Shown one piece after another: positions 1 through 10,087 of a stretch of DNA of 64,000 nt (positions within the stretch are counted from its first letter, which is position 1; each line of letters starts with the position of its first letter). The notes beneath the pieces were generated by a model that did no database searches, had not been told where the DNA came from, and worked only from the letters and a program-made list of their open reading frames with translations. Location: NCBI GenBank assembly GCA_963790475.1, contig CAWBOS010000012.1, forward strand, positions 1,248,001-1,312,000, given 5' to 3'. The position numbers were made by a program, and so were the translations under genes. The DNA is from an uncultured delta proteobacterium. GTDB taxonomy: Bacteria; Desulfobacterota; RBG-13-43-22.

Positions 1-772
1 CGCCTAAGAAAATGAATCCCAAGACAGCCCCGAAGGCTACCGCCAATTCCCGCAAGGCCACAACATAACTGACCTGGGCAATTCGGTAAATAAACAAAAT
101 TAATAGATAGGTGATCAGTGAACCTGTCCCGATAATAAAACTGTGTTTCCTATAATCTCTCCAGGCCAGTGCCAATTCACGCCGCTTATAAATGAAAACG
201 TAGGGGGACAGCCAAAGGGTGGCGAAAATCCAAAGACCGAAGATATAGGCCACCGGATTCATGATTCCCACCCCCAGTTTATCAACAATGGAATAGCCGA
301 CAATCGTTGTCCCGACCAATAAAGCAAAAGACAGGCCTTTGAGGAATCCTTTTTGCTGGGAATGTTTCCACCCGACGAAAAGGGTTCCAAGACTAATGGA
401 GACTATGCCAAACAGACCGAAAATGGTAATGGCCTCGTTTAAACATAAATAAGCGAGCACTGCGGTCCCGGCCACCCCGGTCCCCCGGGCAACCGGGTAG
501 GCACTGGAAATATCCCCATGTTCATAGGCCTTGGCCAGGGCAAAGAAATAGATGGCATGGATGGTTCCAGTGGCCAAAACGTAGGGAAAGGCCCGGACAT
601 TAAAAATATCAGAGAGCGACAAGGTAAAAAGGAATGGAAAGAATAAAACCGAGGCTATCAGCAGGCTCAGATAGAGTACCTGAAAATTGCCGGAGGCCTT
701 TTTAGCGGCAAAGTTCCATAAGGCATGAAAAAAGGCCGAACAAATAATCAGCAGGAATACAATCAGAGACAT
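1..772 (-). CDS. EamA/DMT family transporter (partial, runs off the window start)
   Basis: Manual translation from ATG at 772: MSLIVFLLIICSAFFHALWNFAAKK...AYEHGDISSAYPVARGTG...SYVVALRELAVAFGAVLG. Hydrophobic, with DMT motifs; open to position 1. Confidence 0.85.
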   Translation of the reverse strand, partial: MSLIVFLLIICSAFFHALWNFAAKKASGNFQVLYLSLLIASVLFFPFLFTLSLSDIFNVRAFPYVLATGTIHAIYFFALAKAYEHGDISSAYPVARGTGVAGTAVLAYLCLNEAITIFGLFGIVSISLGTLFVGWKHSQQKGFLKGLSFALLVGTTIVGYSIVDKLGVGIMNPVAYIFGLWIFATLWLSPYVFIYKRRELALAWRDYRKHSFIIGTGSLITYLLILFIYRIAQVSYVVALRELAVAFGAVLGFIFLG

Positions 773-970
773 ATCAACAAGGCCTTCCCAAGAGGGACGG
801 GTTTGGTTTTTAGGGCGCCATAGGCCGAACTGCTTTCATTGTGTTTAGGGGTCCACAACGAAATAGTTTTCCTCCCTGTGGGTTCTCTGAGGGCCCAAGC
901 GAAGGAAGGGAACTGGCGAGAGAAAAGGGGCAGATAATAATTCCCTGAATAAGTGTTCCTTTCTATTCTA

Positions 971-1585
971 TTATTCTCCGGCTGTCATTTCCGTTAGAAG
1001 TTTTTCCATCCTCTGAGGATTTCCGATCCCACAAACACAGGGTTTGATCAGAATTTTTGCCCCTTCATCAGGGGTCATCTTTCCTCGTTTAATTTTTTTA
1101 ACGATATCTTTCACCAAGTGGGGAGAAATCAAGGCATGGCCGCATTGGGTGACAATCTCCAAGGTCTTTTCATCGGGGAGTCTCTTGGTTTTGCCGAAAA
1201 TGCCCAGCGAGACGTTGTAGGTATGCTCTTTCAGACCGTTGGCCCGGCATAGGCAGCGCACATCGGAAAAGAGACCGGACAGGACCACAGATATTCCCAG
1301 TTTTTTCTCTTTGACTTCGGCGATCAAGTTTTGGACATCCTCCCGGTTATTAAAAACAGCGGTGAGGATCCCTCCCCGCGGCAGAAGTTTCATCAGTTGT
1401 TCTTCATTAAGTCCCATGGGCGCACCGATGATATTGGCGGGTTTGTATTTTAAGACCGTTTCGACAATGGGGACCATCCTTTCCGATTTCTGTTTCTTCT
1501 CCTGTTGTTGTACCATGAAAAGCACCACGATCTCTTCGCCCGGTTTGGCTTGGGAAAGACCTCTTCGATTTAAGGTGTGAGTCAT
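971..1585 (-). CDS. Conserved hypothetical Cys-motif protein, partner of the upstream 4Fe-4S protein
   Basis: 204 aa ORF with RBS GGAGG; motifs TQCGHALI and CVCGIGNP. Confidence 0.7.
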   Translation of the reverse strand: MTHTLNRRGLSQAKPGEEIVVLFMVQQQEKKQKSERMVPIVETVLKYKPANIIGAPMGLNEEQLMKLLPRGGILTAVFNNREDVQNLIAEVKEKKLGISVVLSGLFSDVRCLCRANGLKEHTYNVSLGIFGKTKRLPDEKTLEIVTQCGHALISPHLVKDIVKKIKRGKMTPDEGAKILIKPCVCGIGNPQRMEKLLTEMTAGE

Positions 1586-1610
1586 AATTCCTCCCGTTTT
1601 TTGTCAAAAA

Positions 1611-1669
1611 AGTTCGGAGTTCGGAGTCTAGAGCAAGGAGATTTTGCTCCGAACTAATTACTCCGAACT
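1611..1669. repeat. Intergenic heptamer tandem/inverted repeat (AGTTCGG ... CCGAACT)
   Basis: agttcgg agttcgg agtctag agcaagg, followed by the inverted copies ctccgaact x2. Confidence 0.7.
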
Positions 1670-1738
1670 ATGAATCGATTCTTAATACCATGGATCTTCG
1701 AATCCATTTTCATTCTTGATAAATATCTTAAACTGTTT

Positions 1739-2449
1739 TCAGGACAAGGCCAGGCCGATGTTGACTTTTCCGTTAGGATAAATATCATGGCCGGCATTTT
1801 TGAGACGCTCCATAAAACGGCAGTCCCCGTTGGAATCGGCCCGGGAGATCACACTCATGGTGGCTACAGAGTCCAATTCCTTGTTCAAGAAGGCCTTCAT
1901 CTCGGTAATGAAATCGATGGCCCGGTCTTCATCGATGATAAATTCGGCAATGGCGCTGAGCACCTTTTCGCCCAAAACCTCCGGTCTCAACGCCCCGGTT
2001 TCCTGGTCGACAATCAGTTCCATGACCGGATTGTCCTTGGCGAATACCACTTTCATTTTTTTTAATTGCTTGACGACCCTCTCCAGGTCAATAAGATAGG
2101 CCCCCACACCCGGACGGCCTAATTCGATGGAAAAGCCGATTTTCCCCTCCACAAAATTATTGGTGACGTCGTTGGTTTTCATTTCTTCCGTCCCCCGGCC
2201 GCTGACTCCGGTGCTTTCGTGTCTTATCGTTGGGTCGGAAAAAATGCCCCTGATAATCCTCGGATAAGGAATAGGATCGACCTGTTTTATGGCCCCTTCC
2301 GGGCAGATGTTTATCCGCCGGCAGACCCCGCATTCCACGCAGGTCTCGTAATCGATGACCACTTGCTTGTCTTTGACCACAATTGCGCCCATGGGGCAAA
2401 CCGGTCGGCAATCCAGACATTTTTGGCAGAGTTCTTTTTCAATATACAT
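1739..2449 (-). CDS. 4Fe-4S dicluster protein with uncharacterised C-terminal domain
   Basis: N-terminal CQKCLDCRPVCP and CVECGVCRRINICP ferredoxin motifs; GRGTEEMKTNDVT motif. Confidence 0.85.
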   Translation of the reverse strand: MYIEKELCQKCLDCRPVCPMGAIVVKDKQVVIDYETCVECGVCRRINICPEGAIKQVDPIPYPRIIRGIFSDPTIRHESTGVSGRGTEEMKTNDVTNNFVEGKIGFSIELGRPGVGAYLIDLERVVKQLKKMKVVFAKDNPVMELIVDQETGALRPEVLGEKVLSAIAEFIIDEDRAIDFITEMKAFLNKELDSVATMSVISRADSNGDCRFMERLKNAGHDIYPNGKVNIGLALS

Positions 2450-2501
2450 GGCAGGAAAGTCTCCTTTTTATTGTTGAAGAATAATTTCTTGATTTCCAAC
2501 T

Positions 2502-3533
2502 TTAATTTATTTCTGGATACAGCGAAGAGCCGGCTTTCATGAAACGGGTCATATGCCGCATCCCGGCAACGAGCTTGTCGGTTTTCTGCTCGTATAACCG
2601 GGATTCATACCAATAGTATTCCGTCTTGCCGGTAACACCTACGGCGATAATCTTACCTCTGGCCCGGTAAGGCCAATCAGTTTTTATGGGGCCGTTGAAA
2701 AAGCGAATCTCGGTGCCGCCAAAAAAGCCGACTGCTTGGGGGGCAAACGGGAGCGGGACCTGCATAAAATTGATTATTCGACTGAGAGGGGCGATAGGCG
2801 GCCCCCAGGGTGATTTCTTTGAGTACCACTCAATCCTATCCTCAAGATACACCAGCCAGTTTTCCAGAGCAAGGGAATTGAGCACATCCTCAAACAGCTG
2901 CATTTCATCGCCGGCATTGACTCCTTTGAGAATCCTTAATTCTTCCTTAGGACTGCTTTTTATCTCCAGGGCCTGCAAATAAGATTTTTCAACAGGATTG
3001 CCCAGAGAGAGTGTACCCTTAGCCACCATACGTCCCTCCGGTGTTTCCGCCCAGGCCTCCACCTGGACGTTGTTTTTTTCGGCCGGTGGACACTGGACAA
3101 CCGCCCTGACCTCTTCTCCATCCAACAAGGCATAGGTATAATACAAACTGATCGACCCTGTTTCAAGTCCTTTCTGTCCGAAGGCCTTTAACATTAGGGG
3201 GGCAAAAAGATCAAGGTGTTGAATCCCGGCGACCACTCCGCCGCGCATGCCCACCTTTTGGGCCACGTCATCATTGTGAATTGTTAGGTGTTGTTTATCT
3301 ACCGTTTCAATTTGGATATTAAGGGGATTGTCTTGATTCCGGAAAAGAGTCCGCAGAATGGGACGGGTTACCGGGGTAAAATCATTGATGGCCTTACGCC
3401 AGGGCCCAACCATACGATCATTTTGAATCCTGATATCTTCCGGCATCGTAGTAAACCTCCTCGACAAACTTCGGAAAGGGGAACTTTTAAGATTATGGAT
3501 TGATTCGCTTGGCCCTTTTTCCTCCAAAGGCAT
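2502..3533 (-). CDS. Hypothetical protein, probable double hot-dog (MaoC-like) fold
   Basis: 343 aa ORF; TIHNDDVAQKVGMRGGVVAG and SPWGPPIAP resemble MaoC-type segments. Start uncertain. Confidence 0.55.
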   Translation of the reverse strand: MPLEEKGPSESIHNLKSSPFRSLSRRFTTMPEDIRIQNDRMVGPWRKAINDFTPVTRPILRTLFRNQDNPLNIQIETVDKQHLTIHNDDVAQKVGMRGGVVAGIQHLDLFAPLMLKAFGQKGLETGSISLYYTYALLDGEEVRAVVQCPPAEKNNVQVEAWAETPEGRMVAKGTLSLGNPVEKSYLQALEIKSSPKEELRILKGVNAGDEMQLFEDVLNSLALENWLVYLEDRIEWYSKKSPWGPPIAPLSRIINFMQVPLPFAPQAVGFFGGTEIRFFNGPIKTDWPYRARGKIIAVGVTGKTEYYWYESRLYEQKTDKLVAGMRHMTRFMKAGSSLYPEIN

Positions 3534-3544
3534 AAATGGCTATT

Positions 3545-4543
3545 TTATTGGACCGCTTGGATGCCAATAACGGAGCTTCGTCTCTCAAACAAGAGAACAT
3601 CCCGCCACCTACCGTTCATTTGTCCGAGTTTCTCGCGCCGGCCGATCATACGAAATCCGCATTTCTGGTGGAGGGTGATGCTGGGCCCATTCTCCGGGAA
3701 GATGCCTGACTGAAGGGTCCAGATTCCGGTTTGCTCCGATTCAGACACCAGGGCCTGGAGTAATCGCCTTCCGATTCCAAGGCCCCTTTCTCCGGCAGAA
3801 ATGTAGACGCTCACTTCGGCCACGCCGGCGTATACACAACGGCTTGAGACCCGGCTCAGGGCCGCCCACCCAACAACCCTCGCGGCATCAGCGGCAACCA
3901 GGCGGCATTCCCTCAGGTGACCGGCGTCCCAGGCCTCTGAGGATGGTGCTTCCGTTTCAAAAGTGGCATTTCCGGTGGCCATACCTTCTTCGTAAATTGA
4001 ACGGACTGCGGGCCAGTCCTCCGAGGTCATTTTTCGAATGAAAAGGTGGGGATCATTCACTTCTTTGGCCTGATCAAGGACGGTTCTTGAGGGATTTGTG
4101 GAAATCGCTTCTCCGCCACTTCCATCCAGAGTCTTTGACATCACAATGAGATCTGAGCGTTCTTCCCAACCAGCCGACTTCCAAAAAACGATGCCGGACT
4201 CGTTGGTCTTAAAGACGAAAAGATGGCATTTTTGAATACCGGCTTCCCGCAAGACCTGAAGACACCGATCGACCAGTCTTCGACCGAGGCCCTGACGCCG
4301 CCGGTCCGGATGAACAGTCAGATGGTAGATATAACCGCGCCGGCGGTCATGACCGGCCAGAACCGTCCCGATAATCCGGCCTTCCGCTGAAGCCACAAAA
4401 TTTATGCCGGGGTTCTGCTCCAGAAAACGGTGAATATTCTCCCTCGAATCGGCGCCGCTCAACCCGACCCCTTCGCACTTTTGCCACAGGGCGAGGACGT
4501 CCTTATAGACTTCGTTGTTAAATGATTGGATGGTAATGGTCAT
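3545..4543 (-). CDS. Tandem GNAT acetyltransferase (YpeA-like domain fused to a phosphinothricin/MddA-like domain)
   Basis: Two acetyl-CoA motifs, RRQGLGRRL and RGLGIGRRL; GHDRRRGYIYHL in the first domain; IYEEGMATGNATFE and SRCVYAGVAEVSVY in the second. Confidence 0.85.
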   Translation of the reverse strand: MTITIQSFNNEVYKDVLALWQKCEGVGLSGADSRENIHRFLEQNPGINFVASAEGRIIGTVLAGHDRRRGYIYHLTVHPDRRRQGLGRRLVDRCLQVLREAGIQKCHLFVFKTNESGIVFWKSAGWEERSDLIVMSKTLDGSGGEAISTNPSRTVLDQAKEVNDPHLFIRKMTSEDWPAVRSIYEEGMATGNATFETEAPSSEAWDAGHLRECRLVAADAARVVGWAALSRVSSRCVYAGVAEVSVYISAGERGLGIGRRLLQALVSESEQTGIWTLQSGIFPENGPSITLHQKCGFRMIGRREKLGQMNGRWRDVLLFERRSSVIGIQAVQ

Positions 4544-4544
4544 C

Positions 4545-5438
4545 TTAAATCGTGTCCATCACCCCTCGGATGAAAATCGGCTCCATCTCCTGTTGAGAAA
4601 CGTCTTTTTGTATCTTCCCCTCCAGCTCGATTGCCGAAGCGTTTTCCTCGAACTTACTTGCCGCCTCCAGGATCGAAGGCAGAAGGGTTGCATCGCTTGA
4701 GGTATTCAGAAAAATATTCGGTCTATTTAATACCCAATGGACCATTCGCCGGAGGGCCTCAGGATCCTTGACCGGTTCATACCAACTGAAACGTTTCTGG
4801 GCGTCTCCTTCCCGCCAGCGGCGCCGGGCAACGGATTTTATGGTTTGAACCGCCACACCCCGATCCGCACAAAGTCTTATCAGCCCCTCAACATCTGAGG
4901 TATATTCGGGACTTTGCATCAGCATGTAATTGTAAGGAAGAAGTACTGAATCGAAATCGAAACGTCCGAGACTGCGCAGGTGCATTTCCGGCGCCCGTGT
5001 GCCGTGACCGGTCACCCCGATAAATCGAACCAGTCCCTTGGTCCTGGCTTCAACGGCCGCTTCCAGGGCACCACCTGGCCCCAAAGCGGTTTTCCAACCG
5101 GGTTCATCAGTCAGATTATGGAACTGAATCAGGTCGAGTTGGTTCACCTGGAGACGTTCAAGAGACCGCTGTATGCTGTCCCGAGCACCGGAAGCCGTCC
5201 TTTCCCCGGTTTTGCTGGCCAGGAAAAATTTTTGGCGGTGCTCCTTCATCCAGGAACCGACCCGCAGTTCGGCATCCCCGTAACTGGCTGCAACATCGAT
5301 GTGGTTAATCCCGTACTTAAGGAGTGTCTCCAGGACCTGGTCGGCCCGCTCCTGACGCATGGCCCCCAGAGAGGCGGCTCCAAAAATAATACGGGTGCTC
5401 AAATGTCCTGTTTTTCCGAAGGGTATTTGGGTGATCAT
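4545..5438 (-). CDS. Aldo/keto reductase
   Basis: FGKTG...GINHIDVAASYGDAE...SLERLQVNQLDLIQFH...GLVRFIGVTGH. Confidence 0.9.
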   Translation of the reverse strand: MITQIPFGKTGHLSTRIIFGAASLGAMRQERADQVLETLLKYGINHIDVAASYGDAELRVGSWMKEHRQKFFLASKTGERTASGARDSIQRSLERLQVNQLDLIQFHNLTDEPGWKTALGPGGALEAAVEARTKGLVRFIGVTGHGTRAPEMHLRSLGRFDFDSVLLPYNYMLMQSPEYTSDVEGLIRLCADRGVAVQTIKSVARRRWREGDAQKRFSWYEPVKDPEALRRMVHWVLNRPNIFLNTSSDATLLPSILEAASKFEENASAIELEGKIQKDVSQQEMEPIFIRGVMDTI

Positions 5439-5453
5439 TGGCGATTTCTCCTG

Positions 5454-6245
5454 TTAAGGTTTTAGGCATTGAATAAATCTGAATCCGGCATCAAAAGACG
5501 TCTGATTTCTCAAATAACCGTATTCTCTATCCCACTTTCCGGTTTCCAAATCGTTTTTCAGGGCATCAACCCCTTTTTGAACCATATTTTTTGAAGCCAG
5601 GGCCAGTCCGGATACGTTCTGTCTGAACTGAGGGTCTAAGTATATTTCCGGTCTATTCCATCCGGCGTACATATTCTTATCCGATAAATCATGGGGCAAG
5701 GGAAATTTCCGTATCGATTTTTCCCATTGCCCTTCATGGGCAATCTTATCCGCCACTTCATTAATCGGCGGAAAGGAAGAGAAATCCTTTTGATAAGCTT
5801 CGGGAAAATAGTTCTTGAACCAAGGCTCTTCCCCTTGCCGGGGATCAAAGGTAAACACGACAATCGGACCTTTAGGACAAATTCTACAAATTTCTTTGGC
5901 CGCCGATGGGACGGAAGGAAAATGATGCAGGGCTAAAACAATGATCACCCCGTCTACCGAATTATCAGATAATGGGATTGTTTCGGCAGAACCCGAATAC
6001 CATTGGACATTAAAATGCGGTTTACCCTGCCTTTGCATTTCTTGGGAAGGTTCGATCGCCTTGATTCTATATCCGAGATCAGCCAGAGCGTTGGCATAAT
6101 TACCCGTTCCGGCGCCGATATCGGCAATGATGGAGCCGGTCGGGAGGTTCAATAATTCAATAATTTTCTTGATAATATTGGGGTCGGCCGTTCGATTGAT
6201 TTGGTAATTTTTACCTATGGTATCGTAAACTCTTCCGCTCATCAT
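5454..6245 (-). CDS. Class I SAM-dependent methyltransferase
   Basis: IADIGAGTGNY motif I; start placed at MMSGRVYDTIG instead of the longer ORF-track start at 6401. Confidence 0.85.
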   Translation of the reverse strand: MMSGRVYDTIGKNYQINRTADPNIIKKIIELLNLPTGSIIADIGAGTGNYANALADLGYRIKAIEPSQEMQRQGKPHFNVQWYSGSAETIPLSDNSVDGVIIVLALHHFPSVPSAAKEICRICPKGPIVVFTFDPRQGEEPWFKNYFPEAYQKDFSSFPPINEVADKIAHEGQWEKSIRKFPLPHDLSDKNMYAGWNRPEIYLDPQFRQNVSGLALASKNMVQKGVDALKNDLETGKWDREYGYLRNQTSFDAGFRFIQCLKP

Positions 6246-6435
6246 TAAAACCCTGAGGTCTTCGAATAATTGAAAAACATTACCAGGAAAATAAAAAAAT
6301 AGCAAAAGATCCAATAAAGTTTTTGGGTTTTTCGGTATTTTCTTCGCCAACAAATTGGCTTGACAGACAAAAGAGCCTTCTCCTATACTCCAATATTTCA
6401 TAAGAAATTTTTATCGAACTGAGGAGAAACCCTCC

Positions 6436-7427
6436 ATGACAGCGGATTATGCTCTAAAGACTCCGACCCTAGGCGAACCCCTGGTTGAAACCATGACCGG
6501 TCCCATTAGTACGGCCGAACTCGGGTTCACCCTTATGCACGAGCACATCATTGTACAATCGGAGGGTATGGCTAATAATTTCCCGGGTGTCTGGAACCGC
6601 AAGGCAGTTCTGGAAAAGGCCCTGGAGATGCTCACGGCCCTTAAAGCCAAAGGGGTGGACACCATCGTTGATCTGACCGTGCTTGGTCTGGGGCGTGATA
6701 TCCCCCTATTACTGCCGGTAGTCAGGCAGGCAGGGATTCAAGTCATCACCGCTACCGGTCTCTACACTTTTAACGACCTGCCGACCTTCTTCCGGAACCG
6801 CGACGCCAACGAAATGGCTGACCTCTTTGTGGGGGATATTTTGGAAGGAATTCAGGGGACCGGGATCAAGGCAGCCATCTTAAAGTGCGCTACCGATGCC
6901 CCCGGTGTTACCCCTGGAGTAGAAAAACTGTTGCGAGCCGTGGCTCGTGCCCATCTGCGCACCGGTGTGCCCATCAGCACCCATACCCATGCCGCCACCC
7001 GGCGCGGTCTGGGACAGCAGGACCTTTTTGAGTCGGAAGGGGTAGATCTGACACGCGTTATCATCGGTCATAGTGGAGACAGCGACGACCTGGGTTACCT
7101 GACAGAACTGCTCGACCGCGGCTCCTATATCGGTATGGATCGTTTCGGTCTCGATATCTTTTTACCCGAGGAAAAACGTATCGCTACCATAGCCAAGCTC
7201 TGTCAAATGGGCTGGGCCGAGCGAATGGTCCTTTCTCATGACGCCATGGTCTATTTTGACGCATATGAATTGGGGTCCATCGAGTCCGCCCGACCCGGTG
7301 GAACTATTTCAACATCGTAGATAACATCATCCCCAAGCTTTTAGGGGCGGGGGTCAGCCCAAGGCAGATCGCAATCATGACCAGGGAAAATCCCCGCCGC
7401 ATCTTCGAGAACGTAGGAAAATACTGA
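6436..7427 (+). pseudogene. Phosphotriesterase/lactonase (PTE-like) family protein with a frameshift near 7295
   Basis: GFTLMHEH, ILKCATD, ISTHT, IIGHSGD and VLSHD motifs. The ORF stops at 7320, but the family C-terminus WNYFNIVDNIIPKLLGAGVSPRQIAIMTRENPRRIFENVGKY continues in another frame to TGA at 7427. Confidence 0.8.
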
Positions 7428-7518
7428 CTCTGACTCTTTTTTGCTTAGTGTACCACGAGACAGGAAAAGGGTGAATCAAAAATAAATTTATCCAATCATT
7501 TATTGAACGGAGAAACGC

Positions 7519-8811
7519 ATGTCTGTTGAACTATCTGATATCCTGGAGATTGTTGAAAAACAAAATCAGTGGCGGGGCCGGGAGACCCTGAACATGATTG
7601 CCAGTGAAAACACCCAATCTCCTGCCGTGCGCCAAATCGAGTGCAATGATTTTATGGGACGTTATGCAGAAGGGCACCCCAACACCGAAACCTCTACCAA
7701 CCGATATTACGAAGGAACGGCTTATATTGATCAGCTTGAAAGCATGGCTACCAAAGAGATGATGGATCTGGCTCATTGTACCCATGCCGACGTGAGGCCC
7801 ATCAGCGGGAATCAGGCCAATACGGCCGTCGCCCTGGCCCTTTTGCGGGGGGGAGATACCGTCATCGTCAATTCAATCGATACCGGCGGTCACATCAGCC
7901 ATAACCCCATCGGTATCGTCGGCCGTCGAATTCAGATACGCGGGCAGGCATTGACCGTGGGAAGTGAAGATTCCATATCCCTCCATTATTGGCCTACTAC
8001 CCCGGACGGTTATCATATGGACGTCGCCAAGGGAGTAGCCCTGGTTGAGAGAACATCCCCCAAAATGGTGGTCCTGGGCAAAAGCCTTTTTTTGTTTCCT
8101 GAACCGGTGAAAGAAATCGCCGAAATTTGCCGGGCTAAAAATATTCCTGTTCTCTATGACGCCGCCCATGTCTTGGGGTTGATCCTTGGCGGTCAGTTCC
8201 AGGATCCTTTCCGTGAAGGGGTCCATTTTATAGCTGCCAGCGTCCATAAAACCTTCCCCGGGCCTCAACGAGGTGTCATACTCGGAAACTGCCAATCGGA
8301 AATCGAGTTAAATTGGTGGTCGAGTATAGACCGTGGGATCATGCCCGGGTCTTCCAGCAATCATCATCTGCATACCATCCCCGGGCTTTTGGTGGCCATC
8401 CGCGAAATGAAAGCCTTCGGCCAGGCCTACGCCCGACAGATCGTTTCCAACGCCAAGTCCTTGGGCCGGGCTTTTTCAGAAAACCATATCCAGGTTGAAG
8501 GCGAAGAGTTCGGGTTTACTGAAAGTCATCAGATCGCTTTAAAAGTTTCCAAATACGGACCGGCAAAAGAAATCGCCCGGCAATTGTCTGAGAATAATAT
8601 TATTGTCAATTATAATCTCTTGCCGGGAGATCAGGACCCAAAAAATCCTACCGGTCTTCGGATAGGGGTCCAGGAACTGACCCGATTTGGTATGAAGGAA
8701 ACCGAAATGGGAGAAGTGGCAGGCTTATTCGGCGCTGTTCTTGGAGGGAAACAAGTTAAGGAAGAAGTCATTCAATTAAAGAACCGCTTTCAGGAGATGC
8801 ATTATTGTTGA
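7519..8811 (+). CDS. glyA: Serine hydroxymethyltransferase (archaeal-type)
   Basis: IASEN, RYAEG, GGHISH, YDAAHVLGL, SVHKTFPGPQRG (PLP lysine), SNHHLH, GLRIG. Confidence 0.9.
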   Translation: MSVELSDILEIVEKQNQWRGRETLNMIASENTQSPAVRQIECNDFMGRYAEGHPNTETSTNRYYEGTAYIDQLESMATKEMMDLAHCTHADVRPISGNQANTAVALALLRGGDTVIVNSIDTGGHISHNPIGIVGRRIQIRGQALTVGSEDSISLHYWPTTPDGYHMDVAKGVALVERTSPKMVVLGKSLFLFPEPVKEIAEICRAKNIPVLYDAAHVLGLILGGQFQDPFREGVHFIAASVHKTFPGPQRGVILGNCQSEIELNWWSSIDRGIMPGSSSNHHLHTIPGLLVAIREMKAFGQAYARQIVSNAKSLGRAFSENHIQVEGEEFGFTESHQIALKVSKYGPAKEIARQLSENNIIVNYNLLPGDQDPKNPTGLRIGVQELTRFGMKETEMGEVAGLFGAVLGGKQVKEEVIQLKNRFQEMHYC

Positions 8812-9261
8812 CCGGCTCTGGTCCAATCTCTTTGACATAAAGAGAATTTCGAACGGGAAATGGGGGGAATGGGCCTTTCTTAATTCAATAAAACCGATTT
8901 TCTTGTACCAGTCCTTCAGCTCGAAGTGTTCGGCGATAATACCGATATCAACCTGGCGTGCACCTGACAACCGAGCTTCCTCAAGAACATGATCTACGAG
9001 CGCCCGGCCAAAACCTTGACGTTGGTGGGCCGGAAGGACGGCCAGCCGTTCCAGATAACAGACCTCAGGGCCGGCCCGTTCCAGGGCCACACAACCACAA
9101 AAATCCCCATCCAAGTCGAGGATGAAATACCGGACTCCCTTTGCGAGGGCCTCCTTGATCCAGTCGGGTTTGCAGTTGGAGGGGTGCTTCGGGCAGTTGG
9201 CTTCGGTCAGGCCGAAACGGACGGCCACCTCAAAAAACGCATTTCTGATACTCCCGACCAT
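8776..9261 (-). CDS. GNAT acetyltransferase
   Basis: YLERLAVLPAHQRQGFGRALV; WYKKIGF. The frame is open further upstream (IRQADTADI), so the start is uncertain. Confidence 0.8.
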   Translation of the reverse strand: MVGSIRNAFFEVAVRFGLTEANCPKHPSNCKPDWIKEALAKGVRYFILDLDGDFCGCVALERAGPEVCYLERLAVLPAHQRQGFGRALVDHVLEEARLSGARQVDIGIIAEHFELKDWYKKIGFIELRKAHSPHFPFEILFMSKRLDQSRSTIMHLLKAVL

Positions 9262-9338
9262 CCTGGGAATGTCCGCTGTATCCGCCTGTCTGATTGAATA
9301 TGATATAATATTTGAGGTTTTGAAAATCTCTCAAATTT

Positions 9339-9472
9339 CGTCACACCGGCGAACCCCGGATCAGGTCCGGGGCAGGAGCCGGTGTCCAGACATCGTCCCG
9401 GCGAAAGCCGGGAACCAGTTCCATCTTCCTGGATTCCGGCTGGAGATTATCCCACACCGGGACCGGAATGAC
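9339..9472. repeat. Palindromic REP/MITE-like element
   Basis: Inverted ends cgtcacaccggc ... ccggaatgac; nested hairpins ccccggatcaggtccgggg and tcccggcgaaagccggga; ctggattccggc arm. Confidence 0.7.
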
Positions 9473-9755
9473 TCCAAAGGGTATTCCCCGATTTGTTACG
9501 AATCCAATAACTTTTATTGCATACTCTCTTTTCTTCTAATGATCAATGCCCTATCTTGCCTACAAAGTTATAGTTAAGATCTATTTTTTCCCGTTGAAAA
9601 TTATTTAAAATCTTGGTAAAAACCTTTAATCATTGTAATAAGTTTTGAAACACCGGTGAAGGGAATACCTCTATGCCGGACATCAGCAAAACTCAACACC
9701 GAATTTCTCCTGCCCAAAATATCCGATAGCATCCACTTTTCGAAAGGGAGCTATT

Positions 9756-10019
9756 GTGAAAAATCACCTGAACAAACTCACCGACTTGGGGAAAATAGTT
9801 GGCTATTGGGAACAAAATTTTCCTGAAGAACCTACACGGTGGACGATAGAATAAAGGGATATTAAGCCGTTTTTATTGGACAGAGGTTTTATCATCATCG
9901 ATCATCTACAAGCCAAAACCGATCAAATCCAGAGGAAGTATATTAGATCTCGTGATGGATTGTCTGTGGGGCAGGTACCGCCCTTTGTCGGTCTCGTGAC
10001 TGCAGCCGTTGCGCCTTAA
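9756..10019 (+). pseudogene. C-terminal remnant of a probable SAM-dependent methyltransferase
   Basis: Manual translation ...EEPTRWTIE*RDIKPFLLDRGFIIIDHL...RKYIRSRDGLSVGQVPPFVGLVTAAVAP*, with an in-frame TAA at 9852. Family assignment is from recalled resemblance only. Confidence 0.4.
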
Positions 10020-10087
10020 CTGAAATAAATCGAAGGCCCTTTTTTATTCTGGGCTATTCTCGGACAGATCAGGAGTTCAAAAAAGAT

